A stretch of 56,334 bases of DNA from Acidimicrobiales bacterium (lineage in GTDB: Bacteria > Actinomycetota > Acidimicrobiia > Acidimicrobiales > CADCSY01): contig JBBSKG010000002.1 of assembly GCA_038256565.1 (NCBI GenBank), positions 1 through 56,334 on the forward strand, in the 5' to 3' direction. Under the pieces are notes generated by a model that had not been told where the DNA came from, did not search any database, and saw nothing but the letters and a program-made list of their open reading frames with translations. The stretch's first letter is position 1, and every line of letters starts with the position of its first letter. Of the stretch, positions 42,789 through 51,400 are shown piece by piece. The position numbers and the translations under genes are program-made.

Positions 42789-44942
42789 GTGGCATACGTA
42801 AACGCAATCCTGGTGGGCATCTTTACTGGTGGTGCTTACGCACTGATAGCCGTCAGCATCACGCTGATGTTTCGTTCAACAGGTGTGTTGTCCTTTGCTC
42901 ATGCCGCTTTTGCTTCGGTTGGGGCCTACGTTTATGCCGATCTTGCGGGTTCGCGTGAATGGCCCCCAATAGTTGCCGCTGTGGTGGCAATGGTGATCAC
43001 GATGGCATATGGCATGGCCGTTGAACGCATAGCCATTAGGCCGGTGCGTCATAGCTCAAGCACGACCAAGCTGATCGCTACGTTGGGTGTATTGGCGCTG
43101 ACTACTGGTTTGTTGTTGCTTGTCTACGGCTTTGAACCCACGAGCGCACCGCTGTTGTTGCCTGATCGTTTGATATCTCTCGGGTCGTTGCGCATTACCT
43201 ATCAACAGGTAACCGTTCTGATAGTTGCTGCAATTTCGGCAGGAGTGTTGGGTTGGTTCTTGCAGACAACACGGTTTGGTATAGCGGTGCGTGCGGTGGC
43301 ACAGAACGCCGAGACAGCTCGGCTTATGGGAGTGTCGCTGACCCAGGTCGCCCGCTTCAACTGGCTCTTAGGTTCAGCACTTGCTGGCATCACTGGTATT
43401 TTGCTGGCACCGTTGTCGCCCGTTACGGCAGCGACCTTCACTTTGTTGTTGGCCAAGGCGTTAACCGGAACCCTTTTCGGTGGCCTGATGTCGTTGCCGC
43501 TTGCGTTCGCTGGTGGCATAGCAGTGGGTGTTTTAGACAGCCTTACGATTATGAAGAGCTCAAGCCCAGGTGCCAAAGAATTGGTCACCTTGTTCGTTGT
43601 GGTCGCACTTCTTGTGTTCAGCAAGACCTGGGCACCAGAGATGATCACTGCACCTGCAGCCGAGATGAAACGCCCCAACCTTGTGCTTGACCGTATTCGC
43701 CAAACTATTGCGGGTCCATGGAGTCGACTTGGCCCTCGTGCACCGCTAATAGTTGCGCTATCCATTCTCGGGCTTCTTATTGCAAACCAGATTCAACAAG
43801 GCAATACGAGTTCTAATTATTGGGGTTTCGTTGGAGCTCGGGGTCTGTTTTTCATCATTGAGGCGTTGAGTTTGGTGGTTCTAGTGGGCTGGGGCGGACA
43901 GGCAAGCTTGATGCACGGCGCTTACGTAGGAATTGGTGCCTTTACTACTGCCTATCTTGTTGTTGAGCGAGGCGTGCCTTTAGAATTGGCGATTGTTTTG
44001 GCTGGCGTAGCTGGAATGTTCATGGGGCTCTTGGCTGGGTTACCGGCGCTTCGTCTTTCAGGTTTGCAGTTTGGTATTGCATCTCTTGCCTTTGCGGGGG
44101 CAGCATCAGAGTGGTTATTCAGGCGTCCAGAACTGCCTAAGTCATTGCCTCGCGGTACCTTCTTTGGCGTCGACCTTTTCGACGACTTCAATCTTTTTAT
44201 GGTCATGCTTCCAATAACCATCATCTTGTACGTGGTGGTATGGAACCTTCGAAGATCGACGTTTGGACCGTTGCTGTTGTCTGCTAGAGATGCCGGTACC
44301 ACCGTTGCGCATTTTGGTGCCGACCCTAAACGCACTCGCCTCGCCGCATTCATGATGGCCTCATTCATAGCCTCTATGGGCGGGGCCTTGTATGGCGTTT
44401 TGTTGACTCGGTTTACTCCATTTGATTTCTCGCTAATTCTGTCAATCACACTTTTATTGAATGCAGTAGTCGGTGGCATCGAGTCGATGAGCGGTCCATT
44501 GATTGCTGGCATTGTTTTTGGCATCGTTCCTCAACTTATTCAAAAGGAATCAGGTCCGAGTGCGAGCGCTTTGCCCGATGTCATAGCGGGAGCGACGGTC
44601 ATTTTGTTGGTCGCCCTTCGACCTCGTGGTCTTGCTTCGATCTTTGAACGTCCAAAATCTCGGGGGCCAACAGATGGGTCGGTTGAACAGCCAGCTGTAA
44701 CCCATCGAGGTGCCCATAGCGGACGTTTCGATTTCGTGATTGGCCGACGTGAAAAGAATCCAAGGACGTCGCCATATGTTGGGAATGGGGCTCAAGGGCA
44801 GGTAAGCAAAACAACAGTTGACGACACGGCAGTGATTACGGTAGGGCCTAAGCAGGAAGCTGGCTTACCTGTGGGGAAACCCTCTATAGACATGTCAGGG
44901 TCGCCACCAGTAACTCGAACCATGAAAGGGAATCGCCAATGA
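42789..44942 (+). CDS. Fused branched-chain amino acid ABC transporter permease (LivH-like plus LivM-like) with a C-terminal tail of about 100 aa
   Basis: A single ORF spans both permease types. The N-terminal half matches LivH (SITLMFRSTGVLSFAHAAF, AVAQNAETARLMGV). The second half matches LivM (GWGGQASLMHGAYVGIGAF). GTG 42789 has GGGAGA 12 nt upstream. Confidence 0.85.
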   Translation: MAYVNAILVGIFTGGAYALIAVSITLMFRSTGVLSFAHAAFASVGAYVYADLAGSREWPPIVAAVVAMVITMAYGMAVERIAIRPVRHSSSTTKLIATLGVLALTTGLLLLVYGFEPTSAPLLLPDRLISLGSLRITYQQVTVLIVAAISAGVLGWFLQTTRFGIAVRAVAQNAETARLMGVSLTQVARFNWLLGSALAGITGILLAPLSPVTAATFTLLLAKALTGTLFGGLMSLPLAFAGGIAVGVLDSLTIMKSSSPGAKELVTLFVVVALLVFSKTWAPEMITAPAAEMKRPNLVLDRIRQTIAGPWSRLGPRAPLIVALSILGLLIANQIQQGNTSSNYWGFVGARGLFFIIEALSLVVLVGWGGQASLMHGAYVGIGAFTTAYLVVERGVPLELAIVLAGVAGMFMGLLAGLPALRLSGLQFGIASLAFAGAASEWLFRRPELPKSLPRGTFFGVDLFDDFNLFMVMLPITIILYVVVWNLRRSTFGPLLLSARDAGTTVAHFGADPKRTRLAAFMMASFIASMGGALYGVLLTRFTPFDFSLILSITLLLNAVVGGIESMSGPLIAGIVFGIVPQLIQKESGPSASALPDVIAGATVILLVALRPRGLASIFERPKSRGPTDGSVEQPAVTHRGAHSGRFDFVIGRREKNPRTSPYVGNGAQGQVSKTTVDDTAVITVGPKQEAGLPVGKPSIDMSGSPPVTRTMKGNRQ

Positions 44943-46543
44943 GGTGGATACGTGCAGTATCTGGAGTTTTCGGCTCCGGCCTCTTGGTCGCATCTCTCGC
45001 GGCGTTCCCCGTAAGGGCTCAAGAAACCACATCGACCACTGTTGCGGCCAAGGCCGGCTCGAAGCCTCCTCCCACTTCGTTTGTGGTTGAGACCACCGCA
45101 TCGGCGATACAGCTAGATCTTTCCGCTCCGACTTTGCTTCCGCTTGATATCAACATCGGCATTGGATACGCGGGTACTAACTTCAACAGCCAGCCATTGA
45201 TTAAGACCAATGCAGCACCTCTCTACCTTCCTTTGCTTGCTTCATTGGGTCTTTTGGGTGGTTGGGTGGGCGTGCCTGACCTCGTTATTGGTTTGTTGCC
45301 GAGCCTCGTAGTCGGGCTACCGACATTGTGGGGGCTACCTCAATTGCCGCTTGATCAAAAGAAGCTTGCAGAGACTGTCGAGCCAGCGCGGCCTATCTTG
45401 AAAGATCTTTGGCCCAAGAAAGAGCCAGTTCTTGGTTGTGAGAGTTTTTACCCTGGCGATGTGGCGCAGGCTGAGTGTGGCGGGCGGGCCGAAGATGTCT
45501 TGGGGTTCCAAATCAATGCCAGTGGTGCACGCACAACGGTGGTTGGTGATCCTATGGATAAATCCAAGATGCACACCGAAGCAACAGCTTCAGTGCTCGA
45601 AGTCAAGACTGTGAAGAAGCCTGGATTAGTTCCTTTCTCAACTGAGTTCGCTAAATCGTCTACTGCTGCAAAGGTGGAGGACGGCATTGTTAAGGCGGGC
45701 GTTTCGACCTCGCTGGGAGAAATATCCATTGGCGGGATCCTTAAGATCGCTGCGTTGGAATCGAGTGTGAGCGCGGAACTCGGTGGAACCAAAGAAACCG
45801 CAGCAGTGAGTGAACGTCGATGCAAGATCGTGGGTGCGAGCATTATGGGCATTCCCATCGAGTTCGGTGACAGTGGCTTCACCCTGGCCAATGCAGACAA
45901 GGTCCCAGGGGGCGTAAATACCGCTGTAAAGATTGCCAATGAGGCTTTGAGCAAGGCGGGAATCATTATCGGTAAAGCAGGAGAAGCATCCACCCCTCTT
46001 CCGGCAGCAGCCCCGCCAGCCGGTGGCGCTACCAGTGGGTTTGACCCTGGCATTCTCAAGATCACGCCGTATCCCGGTATCGAGACCAAGATGGCCGAAG
46101 ACGGTACGTCGATGGAGACCAACTTTGGTTGCTTAGAAATTCATTACCGGGTGCCCGTGAGCGGTCTTGATGTAAAGCTAAATCTTGGCCGTGTGGGTCT
46201 GAAGATGGGTGCGTTCATTGACCCTGAGTTTGGGTTTAAGTCTGACGAACCGTTTACTCCGAGCCCAACAACTCCGAACAACGTGGGTGGCACTACTAAT
46301 ACCAGTCCAATCGCACAACTAGTCGATCTTGGTACCACTCCTGTCGGCAATGTTGATCCAACAGTTATTTCTGATGTCGTGACTTCTCCCACCCCCTCCT
46401 CCGATAACTTCTTGAGAGAATCACCCAAGGTGTTGGCAGCTTCATGGGGGATTACGGGTGGTTGGTTTGCACCCTTTGGCCTTTTAGTACTCGCTCTTCC
46501 TTTACTCGCCTACGCACGCCGTGCAGCTATTATCAGGAGGTAA
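44939..46543 (+). CDS. Hypothetical secreted protein with an N-terminal signal peptide and a C-terminal hydrophobic anchor plus basic tail
   Basis: 534 aa. Signal-like MRWIRAVSGVFGSGLLVASLAAFPVRAQE. The C-terminus is GGWFAPFGLLVLALPLLAYARRAAIIRR with no LPXTG. ATGA overlap with the permease gene. Confidence 0.6.
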   Translation: MRWIRAVSGVFGSGLLVASLAAFPVRAQETTSTTVAAKAGSKPPPTSFVVETTASAIQLDLSAPTLLPLDINIGIGYAGTNFNSQPLIKTNAAPLYLPLLASLGLLGGWVGVPDLVIGLLPSLVVGLPTLWGLPQLPLDQKKLAETVEPARPILKDLWPKKEPVLGCESFYPGDVAQAECGGRAEDVLGFQINASGARTTVVGDPMDKSKMHTEATASVLEVKTVKKPGLVPFSTEFAKSSTAAKVEDGIVKAGVSTSLGEISIGGILKIAALESSVSAELGGTKETAAVSERRCKIVGASIMGIPIEFGDSGFTLANADKVPGGVNTAVKIANEALSKAGIIIGKAGEASTPLPAAAPPAGGATSGFDPGILKITPYPGIETKMAEDGTSMETNFGCLEIHYRVPVSGLDVKLNLGRVGLKMGAFIDPEFGFKSDEPFTPSPTTPNNVGGTTNTSPIAQLVDLGTTPVGNVDPTVISDVVTSPTPSSDNFLRESPKVLAASWGITGGWFAPFGLLVLALPLLAYARRAAIIRR

Positions 46544-46547
46544 CACA

Positions 46548-47117
46548 ATGGATACGAATGCGGTAAATGACCCATCTCTTTCTCAAGAGCTCGAAGCCCA
46601 CCCTTTGCGGGGCTTGGCGACTATCTCGACGACACCGCGTGTGCCCGGACAGATTGGTTCGCTTGATTGGCGCCAAGCGCTTGGTATCGGGCTAATTGTT
46701 CTTGGCATCATTTCTGTCATCGTTGCCTGGTATGGCGTGTCGGGCACCCTTGACCCAGGCAAGCAGATGCCTTATATCAGCTCTGGTGGTTTTGGTGGGG
46801 CAGCGTTAATCGCTATTGGCGTGACACTTCTATCGAGCTTCGACCACGCTCGCGACAGGGCGGCCCTAGAGGTTGTCCTCGATCGTCTTGATGCCATCGA
46901 CTGGCGTATTCATGACATGGAGGTCTCCCGGATTCAAGAAATGGAAGCGGAACGCGAAGAGCAGAAGGTCATCGTCTTGGATGATCCTGCACCTATTGAG
47001 CATCTCTCTACTGCAACTCGTGCAGCTGCTCGAACCACGAGGTCGACATCAGCTAGGTCGACATCAGCTAGGGCTAAGACTTCTGGCACGCCAGCTCGCA
47101 CTCGTGCCCGTAGCTAA
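46548..47117 (+). CDS. Hypothetical membrane protein (two TM segments, coiled-coil-like region, Arg/Ser/Thr-rich tail)
   Basis: 189 aa. AGGAGG lies 7 nt upstream of ATG 46548. TM segments are LGIGLIVLGIISVIVAWYGV and GGFGGAALIAIGVTLLSSF. The TAATG junction joins it to the next gene. Confidence 0.55.
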   Translation: MDTNAVNDPSLSQELEAHPLRGLATISTTPRVPGQIGSLDWRQALGIGLIVLGIISVIVAWYGVSGTLDPGKQMPYISSGGFGGAALIAIGVTLLSSFDHARDRAALEVVLDRLDAIDWRIHDMEVSRIQEMEAEREEQKVIVLDDPAPIEHLSTATRAAARTTRSTSARSTSARAKTSGTPARTRARS

Positions 47118-48025
47118 TGGCTCAAAAACCCCCTGAACTCACCCGAACCCGTCGACCAGCCAGACCTCAACGCTTGCCGTTGCAGGCTCGTGGTACACGA
47201 ACAGCGTCCGCACCAGGCCTAGAGCCTGGTCCAATTCGTGACCGGTCGGCTGCGCTATTGAGCGTTGAGGGTGTCACCGTTCGTTTTGGTGGTTTGGTTG
47301 CCAACGATGAGGTCAACCTAGATGTGATGCCGGGGGAGATCACAGCTTTGATCGGCCCAAACGGTGCGGGTAAAACCACGCTGTTCAACGTGATAACCGG
47401 AGCACAGGCACCTACTTCGGGTCGAGTGATGTTTGGTGGCAAAGACATCACCAACCTTGATCGTTCACAAAGGGCGCGCCTAGGCATGGGACGGACCTTT
47501 CAGAACCTGTCGCTTGTTCCATCGTTGAGCGTGCTTGACAATGCCACGGTGGGGCTGGGCCGTTTTCGTTGGGCAGGCCTTGTTTCTTCCATGTTGATGT
47601 TGCCTCGGGCACTCCACCAAGATCGTTTGATACGCCAGGTAGCGACAGGTGCTTTGGAGTTTGTTGGCATGGGAAACTCGCTCAATCGCATGACTGGCGA
47701 TCTTCCATATGGCGATCGACGTCGTTTAGAATTGGCTCGTGCGCTTGCATTAGAACCGCGCATTTTGTTGCTCGATGAGCCTTCGGCAGGCATGGGGCCG
47801 ACTGAGACAGCCAATTTGGCGACCACTATTCGACGGGCACGGGACGAGCTCGGCGTGACCGTGTTGCTTGTTGAGCACGATATGTCCTTTGTGCGGACTT
47901 TGGCTGAGTACTGCACCGTATTGGAGTTTGGCAGGGTTATTTCTTCTGGAGTTACTGCTCAGGTAATGGAAGATCCCCGAGTTGCCGAAGCCTATTTGGG
48001 AACGAGAGGTACTACGGGTGCTTGA
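47117..48025 (+). CDS. Branched-chain amino acid ABC transporter ATP-binding protein (LivG-like) with an N-terminal extension of about 45 aa
   Basis: Walker A GPNGAGKTT, signature LPYGDRRRLELARAL, Walker B LLLDEPSAG. Confidence 0.9.
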   Translation: MAQKPPELTRTRRPARPQRLPLQARGTRTASAPGLEPGPIRDRSAALLSVEGVTVRFGGLVANDEVNLDVMPGEITALIGPNGAGKTTLFNVITGAQAPTSGRVMFGGKDITNLDRSQRARLGMGRTFQNLSLVPSLSVLDNATVGLGRFRWAGLVSSMLMLPRALHQDRLIRQVATGALEFVGMGNSLNRMTGDLPYGDRRRLELARALALEPRILLLDEPSAGMGPTETANLATTIRRARDELGVTVLLVEHDMSFVRTLAEYCTVLEFGRVISSGVTAQVMEDPRVAEAYLGTRGTTGA

Positions 48026-48746
48026 AGTTAAAGGCATGCATGTCAGTTATGGACCCGTCCCCGCTGTCCGAGGCGTTGATCTGACGGTGAATGCCGGTGA
48101 GGCCATTGCTGTTCTCGGCCGCAATGGTGCTGGTAAGACCACAACACTTAAGGCGATGGCTGGGGTGTTGCCAATTACAGCGGGTTCAATTTCTATTGAC
48201 GGAACTGATATTACAAATATTCCAGCTGAGAAAAGACTCACGCTTGGCATAGCGCTAGTTCCTGAGGGTCGTGGGATGTTTCCTCAGCTGACCGTGCGTG
48301 AAAGTTTGATGATGGGCGCCTATCACCGCAAGCTAAGCCACGGAGAGGCGCGTTCTGAGCTTGCTCGTGTTACCGAACGCCTGCCCCGTTTGACTGAGCG
48401 TCTAGATCAGGCATCGGGAAGTCTTTCGGGTGGTGAGCAGCAGATGCTGGCTGTAGCGCGTGGCTTGATGAGCGCTCCGCGGATCATTCTGGTTGACGAA
48501 CCCTCTCTTGGTCTTGCACCGATCGTGATCGAACAGCTCTATGACCTCTTTGTTGACCTGAAGGCAGAAGGATTGACCATCCTCGTCGTCGAACAATATG
48601 TGGAGCTTGCACTTGGCTTTGCCGATCGGGCATATGTGCTCGATAAAGGCGAGGTGGCGGTATCAGGTAGTGCATCGGAGCTCGCGGCTTCTCCCGAACT
48701 GGTAGAGGCATACCTATCTGCAGCGCCTGAGGAGGTTCATTCATGA
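48018..48746 (+). CDS. Branched-chain amino acid ABC transporter ATP-binding protein (LivF-like)
   Basis: Walker A GRNGAGKTT, signature LSGGEQQMLAVARGL, Walker B ILVDEPSLGLAP. I chose GTG 48018 (8-nt overlap with the livG-like stop) over track start 47982. Confidence 0.9.
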   Translation: MLEVKGMHVSYGPVPAVRGVDLTVNAGEAIAVLGRNGAGKTTTLKAMAGVLPITAGSISIDGTDITNIPAEKRLTLGIALVPEGRGMFPQLTVRESLMMGAYHRKLSHGEARSELARVTERLPRLTERLDQASGSLSGGEQQMLAVARGLMSAPRIILVDEPSLGLAPIVIEQLYDLFVDLKAEGLTILVVEQYVELALGFADRAYVLDKGEVAVSGSASELAASPELVEAYLSAAPEEVHS

Positions 48747-50248
48747 AGCGGTGGTCGATTATCTTTATTGCTCTTACGGCCATGCTCGCGAGTGCTTGTG
48801 GAACGCGGGTCTCTATTGATGGTGCTCTTCAGACAGGAAACACGGGGGGCGTATCGACGATTGACTCAGACGTGGATGACACGATCAGCTCGACTGTTCC
48901 AACAAGCGGACCTATAGATACAGGTACAGGAACTGCTAAGCCTGGCACGACTAAACCCGCTCCCGGTGCCCCCGGCGCTGGCCCTACGGCTCCAGGCGCT
49001 CCTGCAGTTCCCGGAGCAGGGCCTGGCAAGTCCACCGGCAACAATGGTCCTTCTGATGAGGGCGTAACCGATACCGAGATTCGCATCGGCTCATCTGGTC
49101 CGCTCTCTGGTATCGCAGGTTTCCTCGGTGACGAAGCTTTCGGTGCTATCGACTCTTATTTCCAGTCCGTTAATGCCAAGGGAGGTATAAACGGCCGCAA
49201 GCTGCGTCTCATCACTTACGACGACCGTCTAGATGCGAGCCAGACGTTGGCCAATGTGCGCAAGCTTTATGAGCAAGACAAGGTTCTAGGTTTGATGTTG
49301 GCCTTCGGTGACCCGGTTGCTGACTATGTGACTCGCAACAACATTCCAACTGTCGTGTTTGGTGTTACGCCTCTCTCGTTCTCTTCAAAGTTCCCAACGG
49401 TCTATCCGTTGGTGGGTAACGCTTTGTTGTGGACCCAAGAAGCAATCACGGGCATGAAAGCCCAAGGTCTTTTCAAGCCTGGCATGAAGGTTGGAATGAT
49501 CTATGACACACAGATCTTTGATGTGACGCCTTATGTTCCTTATCTCAAAGAAGCATGGGAAGATGCTGGAGCAAAGGTCGTCGTGGCCGATCCGTTCAAC
49601 ATCACCGATGGCGATTGCACCAGCTTGGTGTTGAAGATGAAAGATGCTGGCGTCGAGTGGTGGGACTTCCAGGGTCTCGGCTGGGTTCTGTGTGCTTCGG
49701 CTGCACAACGCCAGCAGTACCGTCCATCAATTGGATGGGGCTCGTGGGCAACAAGTGTGGGTGGTTTGGCCACTCAGGTTGGTCCATGGATCGAGGGCAT
49801 GTGGGGCGGTTCCAATGGCGATCAGCCTGACGGCGCACCTCGCCAGAAGACAGCCGCTCATGATGAGTACGTGAACGCAATCAAGCGTTATCACCCAAAT
49901 ATTTCTACTCCAGTGCATCTGGATTCGCCCGCAACTATTGGTTATTGGTCTGGTGCCAAGTTGTTCGCTGCGGCCATTGAGGCTCAGGGCAAGGGTGTTA
50001 CTAAGGCCGGCATTAATGATTGGATCGCAAAAGTAGAGAACTTTGAGGTTGGCATCACGCCGCCGATCGTATCGATGGCGCCGAACTGTAAGACCGGTTC
50101 AGAAGTGGTTTGGCTCGGACAGTGGAAGTGGGACAGCGCCAAGAAAGAGGCCTACCGCAAGCCGCAGTCGGGTTATCTCACAAGTGAGCAAAAAGATAAG
50201 TACGGCGGCAAGTGCTTCCTTACCAAGCTCAGCGATTCGATGTCCTAA
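48743..50248 (+). CDS. ABC transporter substrate-binding lipoprotein (type 1 periplasmic-binding fold, Liv-like)
   Basis: 501 aa. Lipobox LASAC after MKRWSIIFIALTAM, then a Pro/Gly/Thr-rich linker, then IRIGSSGPLSGIAGFLG typical of LivJ/K-like binding proteins. ATGA overlap with the upstream gene. Confidence 0.85.
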   Translation: MKRWSIIFIALTAMLASACGTRVSIDGALQTGNTGGVSTIDSDVDDTISSTVPTSGPIDTGTGTAKPGTTKPAPGAPGAGPTAPGAPAVPGAGPGKSTGNNGPSDEGVTDTEIRIGSSGPLSGIAGFLGDEAFGAIDSYFQSVNAKGGINGRKLRLITYDDRLDASQTLANVRKLYEQDKVLGLMLAFGDPVADYVTRNNIPTVVFGVTPLSFSSKFPTVYPLVGNALLWTQEAITGMKAQGLFKPGMKVGMIYDTQIFDVTPYVPYLKEAWEDAGAKVVVADPFNITDGDCTSLVLKMKDAGVEWWDFQGLGWVLCASAAQRQQYRPSIGWGSWATSVGGLATQVGPWIEGMWGGSNGDQPDGAPRQKTAAHDEYVNAIKRYHPNISTPVHLDSPATIGYWSGAKLFAAAIEAQGKGVTKAGINDWIAKVENFEVGITPPIVSMAPNCKTGSEVVWLGQWKWDSAKKEAYRKPQSGYLTSEQKDKYGGKCFLTKLSDSMS

Positions 50249-51273
50249 GGACTTAGCGCCGAGGTTTTTGCATCATCGGCGGCGATTGCCCACAAGCGTT
50301 GTCCACTGGCAAGTAGTGCTTTGCTGCTAGTGGTTGCGCCGACCCGACGTGTTGCCACGGCTTGTTCGATAAGGGCCGTTGCGAGGCGCAGGGTACGGGC
50401 AGACTCGGTGAGGCTAAGTTCAGGAAGGCTGATCGCCAAGGCGTCTGTGCTGTCTGCAAGTGCAGTCTGATATTCGTCTACTTTTTCATTGACACTCATG
50501 GGTGACGACCAGTCAATTGTCTCAATGATTTTTTTAATTGCGACAGATTGTGTGTCGACTGCCTTATTCCATGCTTCAACACTGAGCAGGCGTTCTGTCG
50601 CTGGTGCAATTGTTGGGTTCGTTCCGGTGTCAGGGGCTTCGGCACTGAAATCAGGTATGGCCGGACTGGTCAACACCCGTTGACCAGTTGACGAAGGTGC
50701 CCCGTAAGTGGCGACGTCAAGAGCGACTCGCGCTCTGTCGAAGACTCGATCTGCCAAGAGCTTCACTCGAACGGCGATTCCACTGAACTCAGGTGTGACA
50801 ACGCCATTTTCGCCTTGCAAAAGGCGGGTAGAAATTTGATAGAGAGTCATGGCCTCGATTGCGTAGAGCCTGACCAAGTTGGCGCTAGTGGGGACTTCGA
50901 GTTCGGTAACAGTGGTAAGGCTTTGGGTGACCTGGTCTTCGAATGCCACCGCTCGCCGAGCAAGTTCGGCACCGTCAATGGTGCCTACGCGTAGTTCACG
51001 ATCGAGAACTTGAACGCTTCCTGCGAAGGCAACTGAAAGGTTTACAGCTCCCGACAGCGCCTCATCGAGCTTGATGAGCACTGGGTCAGGGGCGTGAGTG
51101 GTTGCGGTTGTTGGGTTATTCGGGTTCTTTGGGGGGCTATCAGAAGATGTTATGGAACTGATGGCTAGGCCTGCCGCCAATACGAGGATGGCCCCGCTGA
51201 TGAGTGCAGTCCGCAGTGATACCGCTGTTGTTTGCGTCGAGTTGGGCTTCTTGGGTTTTGTACTTGTTGCCAT
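50245..51273 (-). CDS. Hypothetical membrane-anchored, mostly alpha-helical extracytoplasmic protein
   Basis: I prefer ATG 51273 (MATSTKPKKP...). There is a single TM segment, ALISGAILVLAAGLAISSI, followed by a Pro/Asn/Thr linker. I recognise no family. Confidence 0.55.
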   Translation of the reverse strand: MATSTKPKKPNSTQTTAVSLRTALISGAILVLAAGLAISSITSSDSPPKNPNNPTTATTHAPDPVLIKLDEALSGAVNLSVAFAGSVQVLDRELRVGTIDGAELARRAVAFEDQVTQSLTTVTELEVPTSANLVRLYAIEAMTLYQISTRLLQGENGVVTPEFSGIAVRVKLLADRVFDRARVALDVATYGAPSSTGQRVLTSPAIPDFSAEAPDTGTNPTIAPATERLLSVEAWNKAVDTQSVAIKKIIETIDWSSPMSVNEKVDEYQTALADSTDALAISLPELSLTESARTLRLATALIEQAVATRRVGATTSSKALLASGQRLWAIAADDAKTSALSP

Positions 51274-51400
51274 CGTTGTGAAAAACCTCGGTCGTTTTAT
51301 CTGAGGCTTGAGCCTCTCCATGTAGTAAACAGGGCGAGAACAAGTCATCGGGGGATGGCTGTTTGTATGCCATTGCTAACACGATACGAGGGGGAACAAC

